DNA of 64,000 bases from Octopus bimaculoides (GCF_001194135.2 NC_068987.1:90687677-90751676), one strand, 5' to 3'. Shown: positions 39,401-53,149, counted from the first letter of the stretch. Program-made: numbers and translations. Notes: generated from the letters alone by a model not told the origin.

Positions 39401-40679
39401 CATGCCAGACCTAGATCAATAAAAGAATTGCAAATGTTAACTGCAGGCGACAATAGCAACAACATCCTGAGCAACTTGCGGAAATTCTCTTCCCTTAATT
39501 TCTGTTCTTTTTGTTAATTCCATTTATTTTTTTAAAAAGCAGTTTTTAAAAGGTTTTTTTTTTTTGTGCAGTGGAAAGGTCAGTAGCACCATCTGTTTGT
39601 TCATAGAATTGCACAGCCCATGGGAGAGCAACAATAACACTGCTAACATTTGGAGTAGGATTTCTAAGAGCAGGAACTGAGAGGGTGAGGTTATTGCAAA
39701 ACAAAACAAAAAAAAAAACAAAAAAAATGGTAGTTTCAGTTTAGCTAAGAATGCATCTGATTGAAATAGGTTATATCTATATTATGAACTAAAATTGGAT
39801 CTATTCATTCACAGGAATTTTTTCAGTTCATACTCATAAATCAGTAGGAATTGAACAAAACTCGCAATTTCTATAGGTGAAGAAACTATAGAATTTGAAG
39901 AATGTAGGTTTGAAATAGAGCATAATGTTGCTATTGGTTACTGAATAGGTAGGCGAAATAGTTATAGTGTTACTATGTAAAATTTTTATATAGAATAGTT
40001 TTCTAAACAAAACAAAAAAGGAAAAAAAACGATTTAGACTTTCTTTTCAATACAACACAAGAGATTTCTCTCTAATATTTTCAATAATTTAAAATATATT
40101 TTTTCTTATTTTTAGTTAATTGAAATAAAAATTATTATGTATTTAATTAAATTATGCTTTTGTAATGACTCAATTAAAGTTTGGTTTCTCAATGAAAATC
40201 GAAAATAAAACTGTAGAAAATATTTCAGCCAAAGAATAAAGCAAGTGTCTGCAGAAATTCTCTGGAAACTTTTCATAATTAAGTTAGTGAAAATGGAATT
40301 CTTTGACACCTTATAAGACTTTTGGTTTCTTTTGAGACCCAAATATTCCTGAAGTTCCAATACCAGGAACTAGTTCAAAGGCCACACTATTTGCTTACTG
40401 ATCGAAGTTATCTTTGCTCAAAGGCAAAAAAAAAAAAAAATAGAAAGAAAAACCTTTATAATCACAGTCATGGCTGTGTGGGTGTATGGTTAAGATGTTT
40501 GCTTAACAAGCAAATGGATTTAGGTTCAATCCTTCCTTCAGTAAAGCATATTGGGCAAGTGTTTTCTACTTTACTGTCAGGTTGATCAATATCTTTGGAG
40601 CAGAATTTGGTAGACAGATACTGCAACAGGAGTCATGTGTGTGTGTGTATAAGTGCATGCATGCATGCAGTGTCACATA

Positions 40680-41200
40680 ACCAGCCCACTCAAAAGTTCC
40701 TTGGATCGTAGGGTGACATGCTGTGCTTGAGGAGACCTATTGAGTCAAGTATATCAACATCAAATCAAATCACAATCAAATGGAAATTGTAATTGTGGTT
40801 CCCGTGCCGGTGGCACATAAAAAGCACCACCTGAATGTGGTTGATGCCAGTGCCACCTTGACTGGCTTCCATGTTGGCAGCACATAAAAAGCACCATCTG
40901 ATCATGACCGATGCCAGGCCCCTCTGGCTCCTGTGCCAGTGGCACATAAAAAAGCACCATTTGAGCGCAGTTGTTGCCAGAACTGCCTGACTGGCCCTCA
41001 TGCTGGTGACACGTAAAAAAGCACCCACTACACTCTCGGAGTCGTTGGCATTAGGAAGGGCATCCAGCTGTAGAAATACTGCCAGATCAGACTGGAGCCT
41101 GGTACAACCTCTTGGCTTCCCAGACCCCAGTTGAACCGTCCAACCCGTGCCAGCATGGAAAACGGACGTTAAACAATGATGATGATGATGATGAGGATGA
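40680..41200 (+). mobile_element. RTE 3' UTR remnant with internal tandem hairpin units
   Basis: The same 3' terminus as the coding RTE copies, with four gtgccagtggcac.taaaaagcacc-type units. Related remnants at ~13430-13860, 27545-27880(-), 33000-33405 and 62010-62530(-). Confidence 0.8.
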
Positions 41201-41350
41201 TGATATATATGTGTGTGTATGTATGCATTCATGTCTGTAGAGGAGCAGAGGCTCAAAACGTCGTTTTTCCTGAACATCAAACTACATGTTTGTTGTTCTC
41301 TCACCTGTCTCTGTCTTTTGTCATTTTTGTTTTTTGTATAATTTTGAGTC

Positions 41351-41381
<31 letters not shown>

Positions 41382-41686
41382 CGTGTATGTGTGTGTGTAC
41401 ATGGATGGATGAATGCATGCATGCATGATTGCATGATGCATGCACATGTGTACATAAATACATATGTATCAATGTATCAATGTATGCATGTATACATGTG
41501 TGTGTGTATACATATGTGTGAGTGTATATATGTGCATGCATGTGTGTATATGTGTGCATAAGTACATGTGTTTGTGTGTGTGTGTGTGTGTGTGTGCACA
41601 TATGCATGTATGATCACACAGTAAAACAAAAGTAAAACAGAAAATTACTATTTTTAAATCTCAAAATGAGAGATATTCAGCAACAG

Positions 41687-42066
41687 TACTTTGTAGTAAA
41701 GATTGTCTGCCAACATAACATGGCAGTCCTGGTTTAGGATGAATGTTGCTGTAATTTAGCCCCAGGAGACATGGTCTCCAGCTGGCTATACGGCATGATC
41801 TGTGTCCTTATATTTTCAAACAAGGGAATCTAGCACCTCACCACTCAGCTCAGAACAATATCTGTGCATAACCCGGAAATCGCGATACAGAGATATTGTT
41901 TTGAGCTGAGTGGTGGTGCTAGATTCCCTTGTTCAAAAATATAAGGACACAGATCGTGCCATATAGCCAGCTGGAGACAATGTCTCCTGGGGCTAAATTA
42001 CAGCAACATTCGTCCTAAACCAGGACTGCCATGTTATGTTGGCAAACAATCTTTACTACAAAAGTA
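41687..42066. mobile_element. Foldback/MITE-like palindrome, ~176-bp arms with 27-bp spacer
   Basis: Arms 41687-41863 and 41891-42066 are reverse complements with 8 substitutions and 2 small indels; TA at both outer ends. Confidence 0.85.
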
Positions 42067-42120
42067 AAACAGTAAAACAAAAAAAAAATAAGTAAATACA
42101 AATTTGATCAAGATCATTAC

Positions 42121-42195
42121 CATTTGTAGTTTTCCAAGGTATTGAACAATTTCTGCATTCACTCTGGTTTCTAAGTCAAGGTGAATTTCAACGTT
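42121..42195 (-). CDS. IQCG: IQCG/DRC9 internal exon (75 nt)
   Basis: ttttgtttttatttgtag|AAC...ATG|gtaatg encodes NVEIHLDLETRVNAEIVQYLGKLQM (25 aa, phase 0-0). It has the length expected for the segment between the flanking exons and is in frame with both. Confidence 0.85.
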
Positions 42196-43438
42196 CTACA
42201 AATAAAAACAAAATGGAATGGATATTTTCAGAATTGTTTTTGTATTTATTTCTAAAATTAAGTGACACAATCTTCATTCTTCTTTCTCTTTTCTTTCTCA
42301 GTCCTTGTCCTCCTGACTTTAAATGAAGACAATTGCATGATATAATTAATTAATTAATTAATTAATTAATTAATTAATTAACACTCTGCTGTTTCATAAT
42401 ACCCTACTGAAGATGTACACTCTGGAGAAGCAGACTTGCTCATTGATGTGGAACAGGTAGGAAATATTAAAATTTTGGTTTCAAATTTTGACAGAAGGCC
42501 AGTGATTTGGTGGGAGGAAATAAACCAATTATATCGATCCCCAGTGCTCAGCTGGTAGTTATTTTATTGACCCTGGATAGGATGAAAGGCAAAGTCAACC
42601 CTGGTGGTATTTGAACCCTGAAGCTGGAAGAAACACTGCTAAGCATTTTGCCCAGCATAGTAATGATTCTGCTAGCTTGCTGCCTTGGAAAATATTGAAA
42701 TATTAGTTTCAAAGTCTGGCACAAGGCCAACAAGTTCGACCCCAGTATGCAACTGGTACTTATTTTATCGACCCTGGAAGGATGAAAGGCAAAGTCGAAT
42801 TTGGTGGAATTTGAACTCAGAACGGATGGACAGACAAAATGTCATTAAGCATTTTGCCCAGCATGCAAATGATTCTGCCAACCTATCACCTTACAGGTAG
42901 AAAATAAGGGTTTCAAAGTTTGGCACTAGGCCAGCAATTTTGGGGGAGGGGAAAAAGTCAATTATATTGACCCCAGTGCTCAACTGGTACTTAGTTTATA
43001 TCAACTCTGAAAGGATGAAAGATAGAGTCAACCCCAGTGCAATTTGAACTCAGAGTCAACCTCAGCCCAGTTTGAAGTCAGAGTCAACCTCAGAGCAATT
43101 TGGACTCATACAGATGAAATGCTACCAAGCATTTTGCCTGGCATGCTAACGGTTGCTACTTTTACAGGCAGAAAATATGAAAATATTAAAAGTATAAACA
43201 ATACAGTTTGGGACACACACCTGTGATGGTAATTTGAGAGGAAAATATTAAAAAAAAAGGAAAGTCATTTTAAAAAAAAAAAAGAATTATTTATTTATTT
43301 AATGTAACAGAAACATTTTTTTAAAAATGGTCTGTGTACAAAATATGTGAAATAGAAAAAAAATCAAACCCCATTTTTTAAAAATATATGACAAAGATTT
43401 TAAATTACTCCATGTGATAGATATACACACAAATACAC

Positions 43439-43521
<83 letters not shown>

Positions 43522-43630
43522 CATACATACAAACACACAAACACACACGCATACACACACACATACATATATATATACATCTAATTATGTATATACTATC
43601 AGGTATTTTGGGTATTACTATTATAATCAA

Positions 43631-43667
<37 letters not shown>

Positions 43668-43778
43668 GCTATTATTATCATGTACATATATATACAAATA
43701 TGCATGTGTATGTGTGTATGTATATGCCATTCCAGTATGGAAAAAAAGATGTTAAATAATGATGATGACGATGATGAT

Positions 43779-43811
<33 letters not shown>

Positions 43812-44439
43812 TGCATGTATATATGTATGCATGTATGTATGTATATGGTAATCACAAAGGGTGTATATTTGATTACACATTTCATTATACTTGTGGCAAT
43901 ATATGCTGAAAAGGTAAAAGAAAACATACAAATGTTATCATAAATAAACATTTTCAAAGAAACATTCTTTTTCTACCGTATATGGCATGTAGTGAAAGAC
44001 AGAATGATTGGTTGCAGGTTTCTGATAAGCCTATCACTGGTTCACAGTATTTTTGAAAGCAGGAGTAACAAGGGACTGTATGTGCAAGCCGGTGGAACAA
44101 ACTGCATACAGGGTTTTCTTATGTTGAAGTACCTCTTTTTTTTACTGTCCTTGTGTCTATGTTTTCATCTTTCACTGATACACATGTTCAAAACAAACAA
44201 ACAAACAAACACACATGTCTGTATATATGTGATAGGACAGGAGGTGTGGTCTTGGTTGTATAGTTGTCAAGTTCACTCTGCAACCTTGTGATGTCAGGTT
44301 TTGTCTCGTTGTATGACACCTCGACCAATGTTCTATGAGAGAAATTTGATTCAGAGAAACTGACAGGATTTGGAGGCTAAATTTAACAGTTTGCATGCAA
44401 AAATATCCCAAAATAAAAGTATTTTAAATAATCAAAAAA

Positions 44440-44740
44440 TATCAGTTTACTCAAAATAGCAACCCTCAACTTCCACCATGGCCTGAAGACAGCTCTGGAA
44501 CCTGACACATGCATTCCTCAGTGTGTCACTGGAAAGATCTTCAAACACTTCCTTGGTTTTAGCCACCAGCTTGGTCTTGGTGTTGAAGGCAGAAGGTTGC
44601 TGCCTTTCCAAATTGCATCTCACACTTATTAATCCATGGGATTACAACTGGGGGAATTAAGAGGCCAAAAATTGGGTTTGATGAAATAGAAGTTCTCTGA
44701 CCTCCACTTCTGACACTTTCCAGAGATAGGCCATAACAGG
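44440..44740 (-). mobile_element. Tc1/mariner superfamily (maT/DD37D-like) transposase C-terminal fragment
   Basis: Degraded PPNSPxCNPMD motif followed by FNTKTKLVAKTKEVFEDLSSDTLRNACVRFQSCLQAMVEVEG. Confidence 0.7.
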
Positions 44741-45260
44741 AAGGCTATCATTATCTATGGAGACTTTAAAAAGGATTTTGATTCAGTACAAAGAAGTATG
44801 ATGAAGATACTTAAAGCATATGATATTCCAAGAAGAATTAAAAGAGCAATAAGTAAGCTGTATGAGAAAACCAGAGCGAAGATCATAACTCCTGGTGGAG
44901 AGATGGAATAGTTTGAAGTCAAAGTCAGAGTATTACAAGGCCACATGCTAGCACCTTATCTCTTCACCATCATTCTGGGCTATATAATGCGTAGAATGTA
45001 TGAGGGCAAGGAAGAAGAACTGGGATTCAAACTGCATAGGCAAAGAAGTAGACGGCATCAAGCAGTAACAGTAACTGACCTAGACTATACTGATGACCTG
45101 GCATTACTAGCAGAGAGGACAGATCAAGCACAGGAGGTGCTGAGTAGATTAGAGCAGGAATCAGGGAAGGTAGGATTGTACTGTAACACAAAGAAAACAA
45201 AGCTGCAAATATTCAATCACAAAATGCCTGTGTCAGTGAAAGTGAGAGACGATAAGTCGC
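44735..45260 (+). mobile_element. RTE-clade LINE RT fragment (different family from the other RTE copies)
   Basis: YGDFKKDFDSV...ILKAYDIP...VLQGHMLAPYLFTIILGYIMR...TDLDYTDDLALL...VGLYCNTKKTK; YADD is degraded to YTDD. Confidence 0.88.
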
Positions 45261-46353
45261 TCAAATACCTTCTTCTCATCAATTCTTTTTTTTTTAATTC
45301 TATTACTTGTTTCAGTCATGTGACTGCGGCCATGCTGGAGCACCACCTTTAGTCGGGCGAATCGACCCCAGGACTTATTCTTTGTAAGCCTAGTACTTAT
45401 TCTATCAGCCTCTTTTGCTGAACCGCTAAGTTATGGGGACATAAACACACCAGTTGTCAAGCGCTGTTGGAGTACAAACATAGACACACAAATATATACA
45501 CACACATACATATACATACATACATACATACATATATATATATANNNNNNNNNNNNNNNNNNNNNNNNNNNNNNNNNNNNNNNNNNNNNNNNNNNNNNNN
45601 NNNNNNNNNNNNNNNNNNNNNNNNNNNNNNNNNNNNNNNNNNNNNNNNNNNNNNNNNNNNNNNNNNNNNNNNNNNNNNNNNNNNNNNNNNNNNNNNNNNN
45701 NNNNNNNNNNNNNNNNNNNNNNNNNNNNNNNNNNNNNNNNNNNNNNNNNNNNNNNNNNNNNNNNNNNNNNNNNNNNNNNNNNNNNNNNNNNNNNNNNNNN
45801 NNNNNNNNNNNNNNNNNNNNNNNNNNNNNNNNNNNNNNNNNNNNNNNNNNNNNNNNNNNNNNNNNNNNNNNNNNNNNNNNNNNNNNNNNNNNNNNNNNNN
45901 NNNNNNNNNNNNNNNNNNNNNNNNNNNNNNNNNNNNNNNNNNNNNNNNNNNNNNNNNNNNNNNNNNNNNNNNNNNNNNNNNNNNNNNNNNNNNNNNNNNN
46001 NNNNNNNNNNNNNNNNNNNNNNNNNNNNNNNNNNNNNNNNNNNNNNNNNNNNNNNNNNNNNNNNNNNNNNNNNNNNNNNNNNNNNNNNNNNNNNNNNNNN
46101 NNNNNNNNNNNNNNNNNNNNNNNNNNNNNNNNNNNNNNNNNNNNNNNNNNNNNNNNNNNNNNNNNNNNNNNNNNNNNNNNNNNNNNNNNNNNNNNNNNNN
46201 NNNNNNNNNNNNNNNNNNNNNNNNNNNNNNNNNNNNNNNNNNNNNNNNNNNNNNNNNNNNNNNNNNNNNNNNNNNNNNNNNNNNNNNNNNNNNNNNNNNN
46301 NNNNNNNNNNNNNNNNNNNNNNNNNNNNNNNNNNNNNNNNNNNNNNNNNNNNN

Positions 46354-46401
<48 letters not shown>

Positions 46402-47201
46402 TAAATACATATATATATATAATGTATATTTTAGCATATAAGACATGTAGCTACATAATGTGTAACTGCTATAAAATGAAAGATTCATTCTTTTTGATTT
46501 ATGTTTCAAGTAGATATTGAATGGAACCCAGTTCTAGCTTCCCTTTCAAGAAATCCTTAATGTTTACTTAATAAAATCTTTAATAATCTGACTTCCTTTA
46601 AAATATCTGGTAATTGTAACCTGATATAATGCCAACTTTATAGAATGATGCACATTGATGGAACTTTGTATAATAGCATGTTGATGTAAGCTTATATAAT
46701 TCTGTATAATGTTGCCACTTCTTATAATGCCATGTTAATGCAAGCTGATATAATGATGTACATAGATGTGACTTCACATAATGCTAGGTTGGTTAGTAAT
46801 GCTAGATTTTATAATGATGTATGCAAAATGCAACTTCATACAATGCAATGTGCAAATGCATATAGTTTTAGTGACACGTTCTCTCTCTCTCTCTTCTCTA
46901 GCCCCTTTTTTTTCTCTCTCTCTTTCTTTTTATCTCTCCCTTTCTTTCTATCTCTCTATCGCTCTCTCTTTCATAATCATATTCAATTTAGAAACATGTC
47001 ATAAAGATGATTTTTGACAAAACTAGAAATAAATTTTCTAACGAACTGAGTCTATAATTTTCAATTAGAATGTCTCAGAATAGCCTCGAGTTATTTCAAA
47101 ACATGTATTTATTTGTTCCACCGCCATTATCTTCCCTGAACTGCAACAATTTCTGAAAAATGTTAGCAGAGCTAAGCATTGGAAATATGCTAATGGAATA
47201 T

Positions 47202-47250
<49 letters not shown>

Positions 47251-47719
47251 ATACACACACACACACATACACACACACACATACACACACACACACACAT
47301 ACACACACACACACACATACACATATATAAAACTTCCTTCCAAAAGGTTTATGTTATTCTGTTACACTGAATTTTTTTTAAATAGTTAATTTTTTTTTTA
47401 AATTTTCTTCAGATACATATGTATTTTCATGTGTGTGTGGGTGTGTAAATATGCATGTACGTGTGTGTATATATATATATATGTATGTTTTTATGTACGT
47501 ATGTGTGTGTGTAAATATGCATGTATGTGTGTGTATATACATGTATGTTTTTATGTACACGTGTGTGTGCGTGTGTGTGTAAATATGCACGTATGTATGT
47601 GTATATATGTATGTTTTTATATACGTATGCGTATGTGTGTGTAAATTCTACCACTATAAAAGGGGAAGAATACAGAGGAAAATAAATAGTTCTTGAAGTA
47701 GAAGTATTTTTCTCTTTGC

Positions 47720-48240
47720 AAACTTATTAGCGTTTAACAACTGAGATACTTAGCTCTTGTTGGCTCAGTCCACATAGCTGTACATAGGCATCCTGTTTGT
47801 TGTTTACACACCCGTCTTCATCTTTTGTTTTTTCTGTAAATTCTCACAATATATCATACACTCATGTGGTCACACCAGTTTAATCCTGTCTCTACCTCAT
47901 AACACTTCGAACCTTTCCTGGATTGTTCTACCTAGACCTTCTACTCTCCTACACACAGACTCCTACACTTCAGGTGCACCTCTCCTACCCATGGATTACA
48001 CTGGACTCTTCCTTTGATGAGAAAACACTTCAATGCTTTTTCCTATTGTTGTTTCTTCTTACTCTGTTTTCTCTCAATCCGTACAATGTATTTCTGTGTT
48101 CCTTTTTGTCAAAGAGCATAGACTCAAAACGTAAAAGACTTTCTCACTTTCCCAAGCATTAAACTAATACATCTGTTTGTTGTTTACACACCAGTCTTCG
48201 TCTTTTGTTTTTTTGCATAAATTCTCACTATAGTAAGGAA
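47720..48240. repeat. Possible Penelope-like element terminal remnant with partial direct repeat
   Basis: A ~65-bp direct repeat (tgtttgttgtttacacac...cttttgttttt...aaattctcac) at ~47795 and ~48174 flanks aaagagcatagactcaaaacgtaaaag, which resembles a decayed hammerhead. Confidence 0.35.
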
Positions 48241-49255
48241 ATGGTTCATCTCTACCAATTCTGCGGATCACTATATAATTCTTTTTCCTTTTCCCCAGTA
48301 GGCACAAAGTCCTGATATTTTCAATATTTTCAAAGCAAGTGACAAGATGTGTTTTATGTCTCCACAAAAGAGAACAAATGTCGAGGGAACTTCAGCCACA
48401 ATTGGAGTTCCTATGATCTTAACTGATCTGATGTGGACCTAAGCAGCATCCGTTAGGTTCAGTTGGGCTAATTTAACAGTTTTTAATTAACTTTTGGTGT
48501 TTGGTGTTTACAAGTTTTTAATGTTCCTAATCCTTGCATTGTCTTCTAACTTTCAGTTATTTTAATTTTAAGTTATGAGACATTATTTTCTTAACATGTG
48601 TAACAGAAATATAATTTGTCTCAATATTATAATATATTGCTGTGATAATTTTTTTTAATATTGCAGTTTGCAACTAGCAGAGGTTTCACATAAGAAACTC
48701 AAATTGCGGAATATACAACTGGTCGGTTCATAAATCTTTTATAGGCTGAGAGAAAAACTAACCTCCCCAGTTATGTTCTGTCCTTAGTTTCCTTCAGTCT
48801 TAGGTCATAATTGTAAATCTTTCCAACGATATTTATGTCTAAGATCTTAACTATTTACATTAAAGCTAATTACTATTCACATACTAAAGTTTGCTCTAAG
48901 TTATGAACATCAAATTTAATGTGATATGGTGGACTGAATTAACCTGTATGTTTATGCCTGAGTGGCTTTCAAGTCACCTGTCATCCGCATGTGATAGGAA
49001 GAAAGGAAAGTAAAGTGTATATAATTGCTAATTTCATAGATTAATTGGTCTGAACCTATTTGATATAATCAACAAGATGTCATAGTTTGGAGAAATCTTC
49101 TTCAGTACCGCATCTTACTAATCATTGCTGTCGTTTACTATCTCCTCCTCCTCCTCCTTCATGAAGTCTTCTAGTCTGTGATTAACTCTTACCGTTTCTT
49201 TGCTTGGCTATACTTTCATCTGGCCGCACTGCCACCTGTCCATTCCATCACTTGT

Positions 49256-49337
<82 letters not shown>

Positions 49338-49597
49338 TTCATAAAATATCAAATATTATTATTGGAGTCTATTGGAGTATTCCAAAAGATCATAATGTAA
49401 TCCTTGTATTGTCCCTTTTTCATGCCCTGATGATTTTCCACCCAAGGTATTTTGAAATGCAAGGTTATATATTTAAATGAGTTTTGTAGCTTAAGCTGGA
49501 TGTGAAATGAAACAATTGTATGTGAAGATGATAATTAATTAATTAATTTGTACCCATTGCATCTCTCTGTTTTCAAACTTAATAATAACATTTGATA

Positions 49598-49628
<31 letters not shown>

Positions 49629-51189
49629 ATATATATAGCATATGATTATCATTGTCACCCTAATTGTACACACATACATCTTTATAAACACATATTTTTA
49701 CACACAATATGATTGAGGGGAAAAAATACTGCAGAAAAATGTTGATGCATCTATATTTTCATATTTTTGTAATTGTTCTTTTTTTTTCTTCACCTCATCT
49801 GAAATTAATATATGTGAGAAATCATCACCTATTGGTAATTTTTCTTAAACGAATGAGTAGCTGGATAATATTTGTATCTATAATTGTTTTCTTTTAGATG
49901 ATAAATTTGTTCCATATATCTTCTTCATTCTTCATTTTTCTTCTACAGCTTCATAGCTTCTTCCTCTTCTTCATCTTCCTCCATTTTCTTCCTTTTCTTC
50001 TTGAGACTTCAGTTCAATTTTGTTACAAGTGTTTTGCTGTGTCTCTGTACACAGATGCTGCTGTAGATTCAATCCGTAAGCTCCTTCATCAATCTGAGAG
50101 TGGGGGGAAGCAGCAGTACACAAATGGCTTAAAAGGGGCTATAGATACTGTTCTCTCTTCTAAGGATTCCCCTAAATCCTTAGCTGTTGAGAACAGATTC
50201 AAGAGTTACCTTCTAATGTAGCATGTGATACATTAGCGTTCTCATGAAAGGTGAGGAAGTAAATTGTCATCAATTTAATATTATATATTATGAGCCCTTT
50301 GGGCCTTTTGGTCATTTTTAATGTCCTTTCCCTTAATATTTTCAGAGGCACTAAATTCTTTATTCACTTTAATCCTATTTGAATCAATCGAGATTGGTGT
50401 GGTGGTGCTGGTGGTGCTAGTACAGGTTTCAAATGATTAGAATGTCATACTTTAAATGGTGATTATTGCTTCCCAACAACATGGTTCCAGGTTCAGTCCC
50501 ACTGTGTGGAACTTTGGGCAAGCATCTTCTACTATAACCCTGGTCCAACCAAAGCCTTGTGAAGGGATTCGATAAATGGAAACTGAAATAAATATCCTCC
50601 AGAACACCATTATGATCTCCTGACTTCTAATTCTTCAACACAGCATCCATCTAATTATTGCTGTCATTTATCATTGATATATTTTTCAGTTATTTAACAC
50701 TGTAAGTCTACAAAAGATATTATCCTGGGATGAATACCACAATTAATTAGGCTTTTAACGATGTATCTGCATTAAGTATGATACACAGCTTGTTATTTCT
50801 CTAAAAAAAAAAAATTTGGTTTCTTTAATCGTTGTTATTTAGCCCTGAGTCAAACTTGTTGAAACAAGCCTGGACTCATATGATCAAAGTTATTCCAACC
50901 TTGACCATCCATTTTAATATTCACACATTACTTACATTATCTAATGTGTTCTTTTTGTAAGTTATGTGGTATAATTGTGTAGGGTTGAAGATTTGGCTGT
51001 TATTTTTAGCAAGTTAAAAATACCATATACAGGGTTTCTTTTTAATAGTTTTGTAATTTTGTGTTGATTTACTAATAAAAATATTTTCCCCATTATCATT
51101 AAATTGAAGCCACAGATTGAAAATTTGTAAAATTCCAAGACAACAGATACATTTTCTTCCTCTAGCTTCCTTCCATGGAATGAAATACA

Positions 51190-51220
<31 letters not shown>

Positions 51221-51669
51221 GGCACACTGCAAATTGAAAATAGAAATTTTAATGATTCTAAAAAATTGATTTGATGAGGAACCGCCATAAAATGGAATTC
51301 ACAAGACATTTAAAATATTGGAGAAATATAAGTTAAGCATAGTATTTTTAATTTATTTTTCAATCTCTTTCTGTAATATAGATTCTGTTGCAAAGAAGTC
51401 CAGCTGTGAAGCTAATAATACTTTATTGATTAAAAGGTAAAAAGAAAATCAGAGCACCTTAAGGTTACATTCAAATATGAGAGCAGCAAACCATTTTATA
51501 TTCATGTTTTCCATTCTAGTATCACTGAACATGTTTAAAGAATTATTTATGTTGTTAAGGAAATTATTATCAAATCTGGATGGCATTACATTTTATTTGT
51601 CAACAAATCAAAATGACAAACAACGATTAGAACTTGTTATTCAACCCAAGAATGCTAAGACAGAAAGCT

Positions 51670-52020
51670 AGGTGCATTCCATCAAAGATGCTTGAGAAAG
51701 GTTCAAAGAATGTACAGGCAAGACCATATAGCCAAAGAAGGCATTCTGAAGAAAGCCAATACAAGGCCGCTTAGCGAAATCATCACAGAATGAAAATTAA
51801 AACTAGTTAGTCACATACATTGGCCACTAGAACAACACCATTGTAAGACAGCTTTCAAACGGACACTGCTGGAGGGGAAAAAGAAAGAGAGGATGACCAA
51901 AATGTACAGGGCACAGAACATTCATAATCTACATGAGAGGGGCCAATATCACAAGAGCCAGATGCAGAGAAAACTGCAACCAACAGAAACCAGTGGCATC
52001 AACTTACTGCCCAATGTGGT
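51670..52020 (+). mobile_element. RTE LINE ORF 3' fragment
   Basis: FHQRCLRKVQRMYRQDHIAKEGILKKANTRPLSEIITE...LEGKKKRG.PK; degraded. Confidence 0.65.
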
Positions 52021-53149
52021 CAGGAGTAGAAGAGAAACTGAACACTAAGACAAGCAGATTTATGTGACTTGCCCAGAACAATCTCTAAAATGTCTCTTGA
52101 CTCTTCTTTAGAATTCAGATTTCTTTCTGTCAAATGTAATGCTTATTTATTCACAGTTTTGAATTAATTATGTATTATCTTGGAGCTTTGAGATTTCAAT
52201 AATATGATTGTATATTTTTAGAATGACAATGTAGGGTAGGTGTGAGAGGCCAGATCTGGTCAATTTTGACTTAAAACAGGTAGAATATTTGGGCCAGAAA
52301 TAGCAGGTTTAAATGCTAAAATGTTAAACCTTAAGGATTTTTATGGACTGGTTCTTAACTCTGATCTTATAACATTGAGCAGGTGAAAGATCCATCTTAT
52401 TTGAGAATTTGTTTCAATGACTCACAAATTGGCAGGTTTGTTTGAACATTAGATAGAATGCCATACAGTATTTGCTCCAGTTCTCTGAGACCTAAGTTGA
52501 AATCCTGACAATGGTGCCTTTTATACTTTTGAGGTTCAAAAGAATAAAGTACCAGTCAGTCTTGGGTGATGGAATGGCAAAAAGGTTCTGAAGTATCTGT
52601 TCCAGCTCTGTACACTGTGGTGGCAGCCCTTACAACAAGACTGGTGCCAAGTTGTAGAAGCCTTTCTTTTCCTTAAACATTAGTGGCAAGGAAAAAAGGA
52701 GACTTGCCTGTATGGTCAGCTGATGGTCACCACCATGGCCAGACTTGTGTTTGCTGAACATTGGAAATGGATGACACTGCTTGTATGACAGGGACACTCA
52801 TTTACAACAACCACACAAGGTCTAGACAAATATCATAAGTTATGATGGAAAGTTTTAAACACAAATACTTTAGAATTTCAGAATTTTTAATCATAAAATA
52901 ATAAGGAGTCTCAGACAATGATGATGATGATGATGATGATGATTGCATTCTGTGTTGACATTAATACCAATCATTCTACCTTTTCAAAGACATTTGAAAT
53001 ATGAAATTCCCTGAAAAACAAGTGAGGGTTGGTGACAGGAAGAGCATCCAACCTAAGAATCCTACTTCAAAACCAATTCCCATCCAATCCATACCAGCAT
53101 GGCAAAACAGATGATAAAATATTAAATAAATAAAATTATATAAACTCAC

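Noticed and set aside
40804-41025. CRISPR array (palindromic repeats with ~35-45-nt spacers)
   Set aside because: The DNA is eukaryotic, there are no cas genes, the linkers are mutually homologous and the array is embedded in a LINE 3' UTR.
42341-42381. (TAAT)n homeodomain-site cluster
   Set aside because: It is indistinguishable from a simple tetranucleotide microsatellite without conservation data.
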